Positions 12,860 to 24,838 of a DNA stretch of 64,000 nt are shown here, piece after piece. Numbering within the stretch: position 1 is the stretch's first letter; every line of letters begins with the position of its first letter. Source of the DNA: Callorhinchus milii (lineage: Eukaryota). Below the pieces are notes generated by a model. It ran no database searches. It was not told the DNA's origin and saw only the letters and a list, made by a program, of their open reading frames with translations. Location: the NCBI RefSeq assembly GCF_018977255.1, contig NW_024704742.1:108812001-108876000 (forward strand), in the 5' to 3' direction. Made by a program: the position numbers and the translations under genes.

Positions 12860-13544
12860 GTGAGCTTGTTTCTTTTACAAAATGCTTACAAACTGTGCGA
12901 AAAAAACTCAAGTAGCCAACTTCCTTTGACTTCAGGCACGTATTCCCAATCAGTATAGAACCTGGGCTTTATGTTAAATTAAGTTTTAAATGAAGTTATT
13001 TTCCATATTTTTATCCTTTTCATTAATTATACATACCATTGTAACGTTTTTAAGGCATTTTTTTCAAGGTTTATTCCCAAGTCCTTTTTTTTCCTTTTAA
13101 CTTATTTTTTTGTTGGTTGTTTATCCTTGCAAGATGCCTTTCACAATGTCGTTCTATTCCCCTCTTCCAGTGTATTTTTCTACAATGGTTCTATTATTTA
13201 TATTTCTCAGATGCTAACTTCCCAATCAATTTGGATGTCAGGTGTTGCAAAAGATAATGGTCTACACATGCTGGTCACATGCATTCTGATATACATTGTT
13301 TTCCACAAAGAATCTTTAAGACACTTTAATATGTATTTTCACCAGGTTTTAAAATTGGCCTAAAACAATTCAGATTTCTCTTAATATGAAACCTGAGATT
13401 ACTTGTAGCACTGGTTTTATAAATGATGAAGAGGTTTCACTCCTGAATCCCAAGTGTCCTGATTGAGTATATATTTTTGTTCCAGATCTACGAGGGTAGA
13501 AGAACTAAAATCAATGCAAATTCAATATGATCAATGGGTGATGG

Positions 13545-13890
13545 GCTCAGACTCATATGGGTGATTTTTTGCTGGTCAGCCGGGTTTCTGACATATGTGG
13601 AAAACCCACCACCTTGCTTACCAGTATCAAACCAGGTTGAGAACTTCACATATATATGCTACTTACACATAGAAATTTCCCAATGTCTGACTGGATGTGC
13701 AGTGTCTCCCTGGAGGAATGCACCCTGCTTACCTAATTTCGGACAGTATTATGCACAGGTTTACAAGACCTGGAGACCGAATGTGTGCAATGGGGCACGA
13801 CTCGTGTTTAATCTGCAAAAAACACAGAGCCTGCCATTGAGAGCTCTGTCAGATGAGCTTCCCACTGCTTTTCCACCCTACCCATCAGAG
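13545..13890 (+). repeat. Unclassified dispersed repeat X, copy 2
   Basis: tctccctggaggaatgcaccctgcttacctaat...gcctgccattgagagctctgtc. Confidence 0.7.
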
Positions 13891-14669
13891 TTTTGACTTG
13901 CAAGGTTAACAGGAGCTGAGTGAGAAGCATCCCTCAACCCATAAGGAGGTTCAAACGACAGTTTTGAATTAACTACTTTAAGTAGAGGGTAGTTAATTTG
14001 TGGAGCAGTTTGCCCAAGAACTAAAGAGTTGAGTTGGTCTGAAGAAGCAATTGAATAGATTTTTGATGGCAAAGACGATTGGGGGTATGTGAATCAGAGA
14101 GAGATATTTGAAAATGATCTGCCCAGAAGGATTACAACGACTTCTTCTGGTCCTGCACATTCCTATGTAACTTTATTCAGCCATTGAGCAAAAATAACTA
14201 GAGCCGAACTTCTGCAGTTGATAAGGTTAATACAACTGAAAGTCCTATGTAGCAAAACTATTCTGCATGATTTACTTTAAAGATCAGTGAAATTTAGATG
14301 AGAAATGCCATTGGTAAATGTCTTACAAATTTATAGAGTCTCCAAACAAGGTGTGGGCACAATGTAACTTTTGAGACTGATGTATTAGTGCACATATCAA
14401 TCCACACAAATGCATGTCATTCATTATGAGATAGTCATCTCCCGTCTGAAAATTTTGTGATGTGGTTATGAGTGTACATGAGATACACCTCATGTATCCA
14501 TGGAAGGAATTGAGCCATCAGGAATGTAAGGACACACAGAACAGTGGAAATCACTCTAGTCCGGACTCAATTTCTCCCTGAAACCACCTCAAAGAAGCAC
14601 AATAAACCCAAAGTTCATTTACAGTAGGTGCCAAAGTGATAATATAAAGGGAGCTGGAAAATTATGATT

Positions 14670-15070
14670 ATGATCCTTACATTCGGTATAGCACATTTCA
14701 TGTTGAGAGGACATTTTAAAGCACTTCACAGGATTTACAACAACAAAATTACATTTATAGAGTGCCTTTCATGTCAGGAGGACGTCCCAAGGCGCTGTGT
14801 ATTTTATAGGTGAAATGTACCATTACTTTATGCACATTAATGTGTCCCAAACGGTCATGAAGCGAATGATCAATTTTATTTGTGAGATTGTTGATCAGGA
14901 TCAGGATACAGCATCCACTTGAACATAATGTTTTGGATGATATATTACACCAAGACCAGACCTTGGTTTAACATATCATCCGAAAGATGACACCTCCAGC
15001 AATCCCCCAGTAGTGTACTGGTGTGTCAGCCTTGAGTATGTGAATTCATAGTCCCGACATGCGGCTTGAT
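14670..15070 (-). mobile_element. Deu-domain SINE with a second nested L2 tail (about 14735-14800)
   Basis: Two consecutive tails followed by Deu motifs (ccttggtttaacatatcatccgaaagatgacacc). Confidence 0.75.
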
Positions 15071-15338
15071 TTTCTCTTACAGATTCTGGAGATGGAGAAA
15101 CATTCAGGATTCAGTCTTTATGCTATTCTTCAGTACATTTTTCTTTCTTGCTGCTCATTTCTCCCACATTCTGCCACGACTCTCTGTTTATCATGCTATT
15201 TTGCTTTTCATCAATTTTTGCCCTGATTGATCCATTTCCCTTTGGTTCTGTATTGTTATGAGTTACACATGCTGTTAATCCCTGCCTTGACTCAATTCCC
15301 TTTCAGACTTGTTTGATCTCCATTCTTCTTTGACTTAC

Positions 15339-15424
15339 AACCGTGCTGATTTTCAGTCTGGAGAAACATGCCGGCCTCCTGCCAAACTGCAGTGGTAGGC
15401 AGCACAGTTCAATATTAATTAAAA
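15339..15424 (-). other. Candidate exon, 86 nt
   Basis: Acceptor aattctttctttcag and donor gtaagt. Confidence 0.35.
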
Positions 15425-17589
15425 CTGAAAGAAAGAATTTGTTTTCCGTGGTCAGGTTTTGTCAGAATGCAGTTAAGCCCCATCAAAAAAAAATTAAAAT
15501 GCATTGCATCTCATTCAAAAATCTATATATTTTTTCAATGTACCTTACTGAATGGATCTTTAATTTTAAATTTTATAAATATTTATATTTATATCAAATA
15601 CTGTTGATATGCTATTTTTACCTAAGTACCTTGGGACATCCTCCTGACAGGAAAGGCGCTATATAAATGTAGATTTGTATTGTGTCGTATTTGTGCAATT
15701 CATAATAATAGGTACATTTGGTACAGTGCTTTCACATCAAGAGGACATCCGAAAGTGCTTCAGAGGATATACTGTAAAGTGTGTTTTGTGAATTCCTGAT
15801 GCTTTGATACTTGTTTCTCAACCATTTTGTATCAGTTTTATTGTCACTCAGGTATATTAAAAGTGGAAGGGAGATGTCTGAACAAGTCTTATATGTGGGT
15901 GTGAGTGAGTTGGATGTGTTAAATGACATTTTGTCCATAAAAAAAGTAACAAGGAACAAACTGATCAAACAAAGAGTTGTACAGATTTGGGAGTTGAGCC
16001 AACAAGTGGCAGATGTCAACAATAAAAGTGGACAGTGGCAATTTCATGAAATTCAGCAAGGACAATAAACAGTGGAAATGTAACTAAATGGTATTATTCT
16101 ACTGGATAGGACACAGCAAGAGATTTTGAGTATTTGTAGATATATCACTGAAATCATCAGCACACTCAGTGGTGATGGAAATAAAATAAATAAACCAGAT
16201 CTCTGGGTGTAAAGCTAAGGGCTAGAGCACAGGTTATCAGAAATTGTACAGGGCATTGGTTTGATCCTAGCTGAAGTATGCTGTACAGTAATCGCCACTG
16301 TATTACAGTAAGAAAATCATAGACATTATCCTACATGAAGCACGCTATGTAAAATACAAGTTGTTTTAATCTCATTGTAAGAGAATGTCAATTCTAGGAA
16401 AAAGGAGCATTTTCAAATTTACACACGGTGGCAGCATTAAATAGAATTACTTTCCAAACTTTGCATCAGAAATGTCACTAGTAATGAATAGCTTTTCACC
16501 CAAGCATAAAAACGCTCAAGATTTTGTCACATAGACTCTCTCTAATGTTATTCCAGTGCAAAATCCAGTAGCCAAGGTTACGGTGACATTTATAGATTAA
16601 CCTTGAACACAACTGCTTTTTCTAAATAGAAACCCAACAACTTATTTGTCAACAGAATGGTGTGAGACCGGGCGAGCCAACATTATTAATATGAACGTGC
16701 CTTTCTCACCACATCCCCTTCCAAGTTTCAGGTTTTACAAGGATGATGCTGCCTTTCCATAGAGGGAATGATTTGCCTCCATAGGCAGTGGGTGGCTAGA
16801 ACTATAGGGGGCTTAGCCCTTCCCCTCTCAAATCAATCTACAGCTTGCCAACTTTTCTCCAGTTTTGGCATAAAATGTGCACTATACACTGGCCAACAGC
16901 CAAACTCAGCGGCCTTGCACGTCTGCTAAGCTGCTTACTATGCAGTGCAGTGTCTTACCCCTCAAAGAAGGCTTGGCTTGCTTCCATCGCTTTTGCTGAG
17001 GAAGAAGAGCTTTAGAAATGCAATGCGAGTACCTTCCTTGTGCAGAATGTCTCCTTAAAGGGAGCTGGGAAGGGAAAGGACTGCATCCTTGCTCGATTAG
17101 CCGATGGACCTGATAGTCAAGTCAACAGCTCAGTGACCCATTCACTTTAATTTTTAACTTTCCTCCTGTGTTTGTTTTAGGATTTTTCTCATTTTATTTT
17201 ATACTAGTTTTTTTTGTTTTATTTCATCTTATTTCGTACCTGCGAAAAACAGTGGCACATAACTATGAATCACAGAATTCAGAACAACACAAAATGTTCC
17301 TGAGGAACAGTAGCTATTAAATTTTACTCAGCTCCCGCCCACCCCCAAGAATATTTCCACCCATTGCCTATGTCTGGCACAGTTACAATATTCAGACAGA
17401 CACTAATGGCACTGGGCAAAACTAATCTAAAAGCAGGAACAACAATTTACATTTATGTAGACCCTTTCACATTGGAAGGACATCTCAAAGCACTTCACAC
17501 AGCAGACTACAACAACAACTTGTATTTACATAGTGCCTTTCATGTTCAGAGGACATGCCAAGACTGGGCAGGGCATTGGAATAATTGAA

Positions 17590-18000
17590 GCATGGGTGAG
17601 GGCCTTAGCGTTTCCAGGGGGAAGAGGTACTGGTGGAGGCGGAAGATGTCATGAGTTGAGGGAAAGTTGAGCGAGGAAAAGTCTAGATATAGGGGTAGGG
17701 TTGGAAGAATAGTTGGGGAGGGGAGGAAATTGAACAAAACACCACTGGTGGAGTAAGAATCTGTGTAAGTTGACGCTATCAGCATCTGAGGTGAGAGGTC
17801 AGGAGCCAAGTAGGAGTACCTTGTTCTTGTTGACATTCAACGGAAGAAAGTTGGAATTCATCCAAGACAACCAATCAGTCAGAACAGCATTTATTTTCCC
17901 TAGAATCAAGGCTAGAGGCAAAGAGATAGAGTTGGGTGTTATCCACATACATGTAGAAATGGATCCCATTCTTCTGGGTGATGTTACTAAATGCAAACAT
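17590..18000 (-). mobile_element. L2 LINE ORF2 fragment
   Basis: HFYMYVDNTQLY (degenerate YADD) and WMNSNFLPLNVNK. Confidence 0.8.
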
Positions 18001-18240
18001 ATTTGTTTTGATCAGCCCAGTGTCTGATGCAGACAGCAACCCAACACCATGTTTAATAGTATCCAAACCAGATTAAGAGATCCACATATGTATAACACCT
18101 ACACCAGGCCTTTTCCCTGTGTCTGAAATGGAACATCCACTCTCTCCCTGGAGGCATGCACCCTGTTTAGTTAATGCTAAAGAGAAATAGGCGCAGGTTA
18201 GTGAGAGCCAAGGCCTGGAGACCCCATAGTGTGCTGGAGA
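18000..18240 (+). repeat. Unclassified dispersed repeat X, copy 3
   Basis: agtatccaaaccag...ctctccctggaggcatgcaccctgttt. Confidence 0.65.
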
Positions 18241-18392
18241 CTTTGCTTGTTCCCAATTGTTTATGATCTGTCTCAAATATATTGCTGACAAATTCTCACT
18301 CGCTATAATTCATGGGGGTTGGAAATCACATGTTGACTGTAATACTAAAGGGCAGCCTATTGCTAGTGTGAGAGAAACACCAACATTAATTC

Positions 18393-19920
18393 ATTAAGGA
18401 AAATAATTAGTGCTCAAGGTAGATAAGTCACCTGGTCTGGACGGAATGAATCCTAGGTTACTGAGGGAAGTAAGGGTGGAAATAGAGGAGGCTCTGGCCA
18501 CAATCTTTCAAACCTCCTTGAACACCAGGACGGTGCCAGAGAATTGGAGGGTTGCAAATGTTACTCCCCTGGACAAAAAGGGGCAGAAGGATAAACCCAG
18601 GAACTACAGGCCAGTCAACCTAACGTCAGGAGTGGGGAAACTTTTAGAGACTATTATATCGGGACAAAATGAATGTTCACTTAGAAAAACATGGGTTAAT
18701 AAAGGACAGTCAACACAAATTTTTTAAAGGCAAATTGTGTCTAAGAAACCTGCTAGAGTTTTTTGATGAAATAACGGAGAGGGTGGATGAAGGTAGTGCA
18801 GTTGATGTAGTTTATATGGATTTTCAAAAGGCGTTTGATAAAATGTCACGTAAGAGACTTGTAAGTAAAATAGCAGCCCACGGTATTAAAGGGACAGTGG
18901 CAGCATGGATACAGGACTGGCTGGGAGACAGAAAGCAGGGAGTGGTGGTGAATGATTGTTTTTCTGGAGGAAAGTGTGCAGTGGTGTCCCTCAGGGGTCG
19001 GTATTGGGACCACTGCTCTTTTTGATCTATATAAATGACCTGGACTTGGGGATAGGGAGTAAAATTTCCAAGTTTGCAGATGATACTAAGCTAGGAAAAG
19101 TAGTAAACGGTGAGGAGGATAGCAACAGACTGCAAGAGGACATAGACAGACTGGTAAAATGGGCAGACACGTGGAGAAATGCAAAGTGATACATTTTGGG
19201 AGGAAGAATGAGAAGAGGTAATATAAGCTGATGGTACAATGTTAAAATGGGTGAAGGAACAGAGAGACCTGGGGGTTCATATAAGTAAATCTTTAAAGGT
19301 GGCACGACAGACAGGTAGGTAAAGCTATTAAAAATGCATACGGAATACTAGGCTTTATAAATAGGGGCATTGAAAATAAAAGTCAGGAAGTTATGATGAA
19401 GCTTTATAAAACACTGGTTAGGCCTCAGCTGGAGTACTGTGTTCAGTTCTGGGCACCACACTTTAGGAAGGATGTCAAGGCATTGGAGAGGGTGCAAAGG
19501 AGATTTACGAGGATGGTATCAGAAATTAGGGATTACAGTTATGAGGAGAGACTAGAGAAGCTAGGATTATTCCCTTAAAGCAGAGAAGGTTAAGAGGAGA
19601 CTGAGTAGAAGTTTTCAAAATTATGAGGGGATTCGATAGAGTGAACAAGTAGAAACTAGAAGGGAGATGAGGAGAATTTTTTTCACACAGCGAGTTGTCT
19701 GGACCTGGAATGCATTGCCTGAGAGGGTGGTGGAAGCCGATTCAATAACAACTTTTAAGAGAGAAGTGGATAATTATTTGGGGAGGACAAGTTTGCAGGG
19801 CTATTAAGGAGCGAGAGCAGGAGAGTGGGATTAATTTGGATAGCTCTTTTCAAAGAGCAGGCACAGACATGATGGGCCAAATGGTCTCCTTCTGTGCTGT
19901 ATAATTCTATGATTGTATGA
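18393..19920 (+). mobile_element. CR1 LINE, 5'-truncated, RT domain with frameshifts
   Basis: [54 protein letters not shown]; (attctatg)n-type tail. Confidence 0.97.
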
Positions 19921-20727
19921 AAGCAGTTTTATCAACAGCACCTGCTGTGTGAGCTGCTGAATCATGCTCAGTAGTTCTTACTCAGCAAAAATTGTTAAAA
20001 GGCCACTTAACCCCCACCCATTCTACAGTAACTCCTTCAAACATCTGTGTGCTGACAGATCATTTTCTCATCCAAGCTTTCATGTCTTATTTTGAGTCAT
20101 GTATCGCTTAGCCAAACTGCAAATACCAGTTCTGTGGCTTCAGTATCATACAAGTTGAATGGCTGTCTACAATAAAGTGACACCATTATTCTACCTAAGC
20201 AAGTACATACCTGTATGAAAAATAGAAAACAGAATGTAACACTGAGATGGCATAGAACAAGAAATCAGAAAGTATATATAACAAAAAGAAAATGATTAAG
20301 CTTTGCAAGACAGTCTAAGAGCGAGCTGTCAGGCCTGCTCCTTGTGAATTGATTTCTTGCCCTTTAGTTAAATCGGTGTAGATCTATAATAGCTTCTGAC
20401 GTTTACCTACATAACAAAGTCACTACACTTTGAAGTAACTCATTCTGTGAAGCGCTTGCTTTGAGATATTTCAATGTTATAAGGCACCATTTCAAATACA
20501 AAGATGATTATTATTATCTATGTTATTCCTGAATGCAATCCAAGAATGAAAGAGAATGCTGTTCCTCACTAAATTATCAAAAGCGTTTAGCAGCTTAACC
20601 TGTGGTTGAAGGCAACTGAGCCAGTATCAGTTATAGGGCATTACTCTACCTGCCCTAAAATAGTGACTCTCTTCCCTTTCAAATATACATTTAAGTTTTA
20701 TTTCTCAGATAATCCATTTTAATAGTA

Positions 20728-21095
20728 TTAATAATAATAATCATTGCATTTAATATAGCATCTTATTATGTCGTTGAGACATCCCAAAGCGCTTCACAGA
20801 AGTAAAGTGGATTAACTGTGTATTTTGTGGGTGAAACATGGAAGTCAATTGTGCACAGCAATGTCCCATAAACAGCTTGATTGAGTGACCAAATTAATTT
20901 TTTGGTGAGGGAAGGACATATTATTCCCAGAAAGCGATTCGCCAATCGACTAACAACCAGGTTCCAACTTACTGCTAGGTAAACTGAAGCATGTGGAGTA
21001 AGGAAACTTGCCCAATGTTTCACGCTGCCCGGGAATCGAACCCAGTTCCTCTCACTTGTGAGGCCAGTGTGCTAACCACTACTCTACAGGACTCC
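20728..21095 (-). mobile_element. SINE family A, full length
   Basis: Reverse reads ggagtcctgtagagtagtggttagcacactggcctcacaagtgagaggaactgggttcgattcccggg (A and B boxes), then the CORE-like body and tail. Confidence 0.92.
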
Positions 21096-21639
21096 ATATT
21101 ACTGTAATGTTTCTGCTTTCAAAAATTCTGTTCATAATTAAACACAAATAGGTACTTCTTCCAAAGGGAGATTGTACAGAGATTATCTATCTCCCTTTGG
21201 TGCAGTGTGTAGCTGCTGTGAAAAGCATCAATATAGTAAGGTTCTTTGAAAAATCTCTCAGTGAGTCCAGTAAAGTTCTCTGTGAAATTGTTTGGGCCTG
21301 GAATTCCTCAGAGTTGCGAGTGCTTTGGTGGGCTGCCACAAATCATGTGCAAGAGAGGCCGGGAGTTGGCAATGAAACAAAGTGAATGTAGCAGGAGTTA
21401 GATGTGGGGTGGTCTATTGGCAGCACCTCCACCTGTGCGTTGTTCTGCTCCACACCACAGGCATAGGCTGAACAGAGTGTCTGTACTCTGTCTAACCAGG
21501 AGTGTTTGATTCTGACAGTGAGTGTAAACGATATTCTATTTCGAAGCAATGACTTATGCTTTGATTTAGAAGCTTGTTTTCTACAAATTCTTTTCAGAAC
21601 CATAGAAAGCCAACTCCAATTGACAAAGGATACAGTTCA

Positions 21640-22040
21640 AGATCCTGGTCCTCACCTTCAAAGCCCTCCATTGGCTTGTTCCCCCCTCCTTCTGTGACAT
21701 CCTAAACCTTTACCAACCTGCCAGCTCCCTCCGCTCAGCAGGCTCCGGCCTGCTTCAGGTCCCCCGCCTTGCCCACCCCACCATTGGCAGGTGGGAATTT
21801 AGCCACTCTGCCCCCAACCCCTGGAATTCCAAGCTGCAGTCCCTCTGCCTCGTCCCCTCCCTTGTCTCCATCTCAAGCCCCTCCTCTTCGACTGTGCCTT
21901 CGATCATCTTCTTTCCCCATCCCTGCACTCCACCCTCCCTGATCCGGCCCACCAGCTCGGGTCCAAAACACTGATTGTCCAGCACCTTGGGACGTCCTCC
22001 CGAAGGGAAAGGCACTATAGAAATGCAATATTGTTGTTCA
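21640..22040 (+). mobile_element. L2 LINE 3' end
   Basis: C-rich ORF2 end, then gggacgtcctcccgaagggaaaggcactatag...ttgttgtt. Confidence 0.88.
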
Positions 22041-22764
22041 AAGTTAATTCAACAATTTGCCAAATTGTGGACAATTTAAAATAATAAAAGTACCTGCATT
22101 TGATATAGCGCCTTATCATACCTTTGTGATGCCTCAAAGTGCTTCACAGAACATACTGTAAAGTGTAGAGACTGTATATTTTGTGGACGAAAAAATGCTA
22201 CATAAACAGAGTACAGTAGACCTAGATGAAATTTTTCCCCAAAAGTTCATCAAAAAATGCTTCTTGAAATACCTGCTGTGCATTCTACATATTTTAATTG
22301 CTGCAATGTCTTGTGAATTTTTTTCACAATCTTGCCACTTTTTTTGTGAAATTCACCTAATGTAAATCAATTTGATTTGATCCATACTATAACTTTACTT
22401 CTTCTCTCCCCTTCCACATACCCCTCTCCCATCATTATCATACCCATCAGTTATATAGCAGAGAATTTTCAGGCAGATAGCAAACAAATTCAAAGAACTT
22501 TTAATTGATGAAATGTAAAATGAAATTAGGTTGGTGGTAAGGTTATGCAACATTGCAGCTAAGTAAATGATAGGGCTCCATGTGGAAAGTAAGTGGAGTT
22601 CCCGCTGGGCAAATGTGTTTTTACAACATGTTAACTAACACCTGTTGCTCTTTCTGCATCTCACATGGCACTCAGCAGTCAACAGCTCTAAAACTATGTT
22701 GTTAAATTATAATTACCCTCCAACAGCTAGGAACTCAACCCCAAATGATTAAAAGAGTATCGCA

Positions 22765-22940
22765 ACAACAACCTGCATTTATATAGCACCCTTCACATGG
22801 GGTAGCGTCCCGGATCGCTTCACGTGGCAGAGTTTGACACCGATTCAGAGGGAGGGGGGTGGTGACCATAAGCACGATCAAAGAGGAAGGTCTTTAAGCG
22901 GGATTTGAAAGGAGGGAGGGAGGGAGAAACATGGAGGGGT
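22765..22940 (-). mobile_element. L2 3' end (tail type B)
   Basis: (aac)n, then the reverse of gggacgctaccccatgtgaagggtgctatataaatgc. Confidence 0.8.
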
Positions 22941-23301
22941 CAATTTAGCATTTACTATTGGGTTTAATTTAGCAGTCCACTCAGGCAGGACAGCATCTGA
23001 ATTAGCACCTATAATGTCAAAACATTTCACATATTTTTTTATAAAGTGTAATGCATGTACACGTAGGCAATGAAGTTGCACACAGCAATAAACCCACAAC
23101 CTTCTGAGCCAGAGGCAAGAATGCTATAACACATGGGCTGGAGGCAAACCTCCTCCAACAGTATTCTAAATTTTGACGCTTACAAAACTAGGCCCATGGT
23201 ATTCTGGCTCAATGATCTGGTTATTCCAAAGTCAGGGAATGGGATGCAATAAAGTACACATTTATAAAACGTCTTTCACATCAGGAGGATGTCCCGAAGC
23301 A

Positions 23302-24274
23302 ATAATAATCCTTGCATTTTATCTTTGAGATATCTCAAAGCGCTTCACAGAATATACTGTAAAGTGAATTGACTATATTTTGTGGGCGAAAAGCAGCAAC
23401 AACAACAACTTACATTTATATAGTGCCCTCCACGCAGGGTAGTGTCCCAGAGCACTTAACCGTGGCAGAGCCTGGATCTGGTGGATGATTGGGGAGTGAG
23501 GAGGTCGGGGAGATAGGGAGGTGCCAGGGAGTGAAGGGATTTGAACATGAATGTGAGGATCTTGAAGTCGATCCGTTCAATGATGGGGAGCCAGTGGAGC
23601 CTGGACAGAACTGATGAGATGGGGGTATGGAGTTTGGTCCGGGTTAGTATGTGGGCGGCAGAGTTCTGAATGAACTGGATCTTTTGAATAGTGGAGCTGG
23701 GGAGACCGGCAAGGAGTGTATTTGAGGAATTCAAGCGGGAGGTGACAAACGCATGCACAAGGGTTTCGGCTGCATCTGGGGTAAGGTACAGTCGGAGGCG
23801 GTCAATGTTGCGGATGTGGAATAAGGCGGTCCTGGTCAGGAACTGGATATGGGGAGGAAGGACAGCTGGGGATCAAACCGGATGCCTAGATTGTGCACTG
23901 GTTCGGTGAGTCTGAGGGAGATCCCAGGGCGGTTGGGGAGTTCAGGTCGGCAGGAGTGAAGACGTTGACGGGAGCGAAAGAGTATGGCTTCCATGTGGTC
24001 CACATCCAGCTGCACGAAGCTGCGGCAGCCAATTGTGAATAGCAGCATTCCACAAACAGTCGTGGATTGAAGTGACTAATTTATTATTTTTCTTTAAAAA
24101 AGAATTATTACCCCCGGAAAAGCGATCCATCAATCAACTAACAACTGGATTCCTACTTACTGCTCGCTAAACAGAGGTATGTGGAGTAAGGAAACCTCCC
24201 CAACATTTCACCCTGCCGAACTCAGGTCTCTCGATTGTGAGATGAGTGCTCTAACCACTGAATTACAGGATTCC
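23302..24274 (-). mobile_element. SINE family A split by an L2 insertion
   Basis: The SINE 3' part (23302-23398) resumes in register at 24022-24274. Confidence 0.85.
23399..24021 (-). mobile_element. L2 fragment nested in the SINE
   Basis: HAFVTSRL...QNSAAH...LHWLPI; (aac)n tail; flanked by gcagca/gcggca, a possible TSD. Confidence 0.9.
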
Positions 24275-24496
24275 ACAATATTGAATTATCAGTGAGCAAA
24301 TCTAAAAAAATAGGAAACTGCAAAACCGACTATGGAAAGTCCCATTGAGAGAATGAAGTTGGGATCTACTCCAAATCCAATCAATCTGATAAATATCAAA
24401 TGGGCTGCAAAACCCACTTCCATTGTTCTGTGGGTTAAAGTGTCCCATTTAAGTAGGCTGTGTATTTCACACTGATACAGCACTATTTATTTCCCT

Positions 24497-24838
24497 AATA
24501 ATAATAATAGTTGAATTTGATATAGAGCCTTATCATGTCATTGAGATGTCTCAAAGCGCTTCACAGAATATATTCTAAAGTGAATTGTATTTTGTGGGCA
24601 AAACACAGCAGTCAGTTGCGCACAAACAGTTGTGGATTGAATCTTCAATTTCTTTTGAGGGATTATTACTCCTGGAAGTGATTCACCAATCGACTAACAA
24701 CCAAGTTCCTACTTATTGTTAGGTAAACAGAAGGGTGTGGAGTAAGGAAACTTGCCAAAGGTTTCAGCCGGCCCGGAAATCAAACCCACGTCCTCTCACT
24801 TGCAAGGCAAGCGTGCTAACCACTATGCTGCATGACTC
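24497..24838 (-). mobile_element. SINE family A
   Basis: Same head, body and tail as the other family A copies. Confidence 0.88.

Noticed and set aside
16959..16987. Minus-strand MEASQAFFEG resembles the AMD1 N-terminus (MEAAHFFEG)
   Set aside because: It is followed immediately by a stop or donor, and I found no TEKLLEVW-like continuation in the window. Probably chance.
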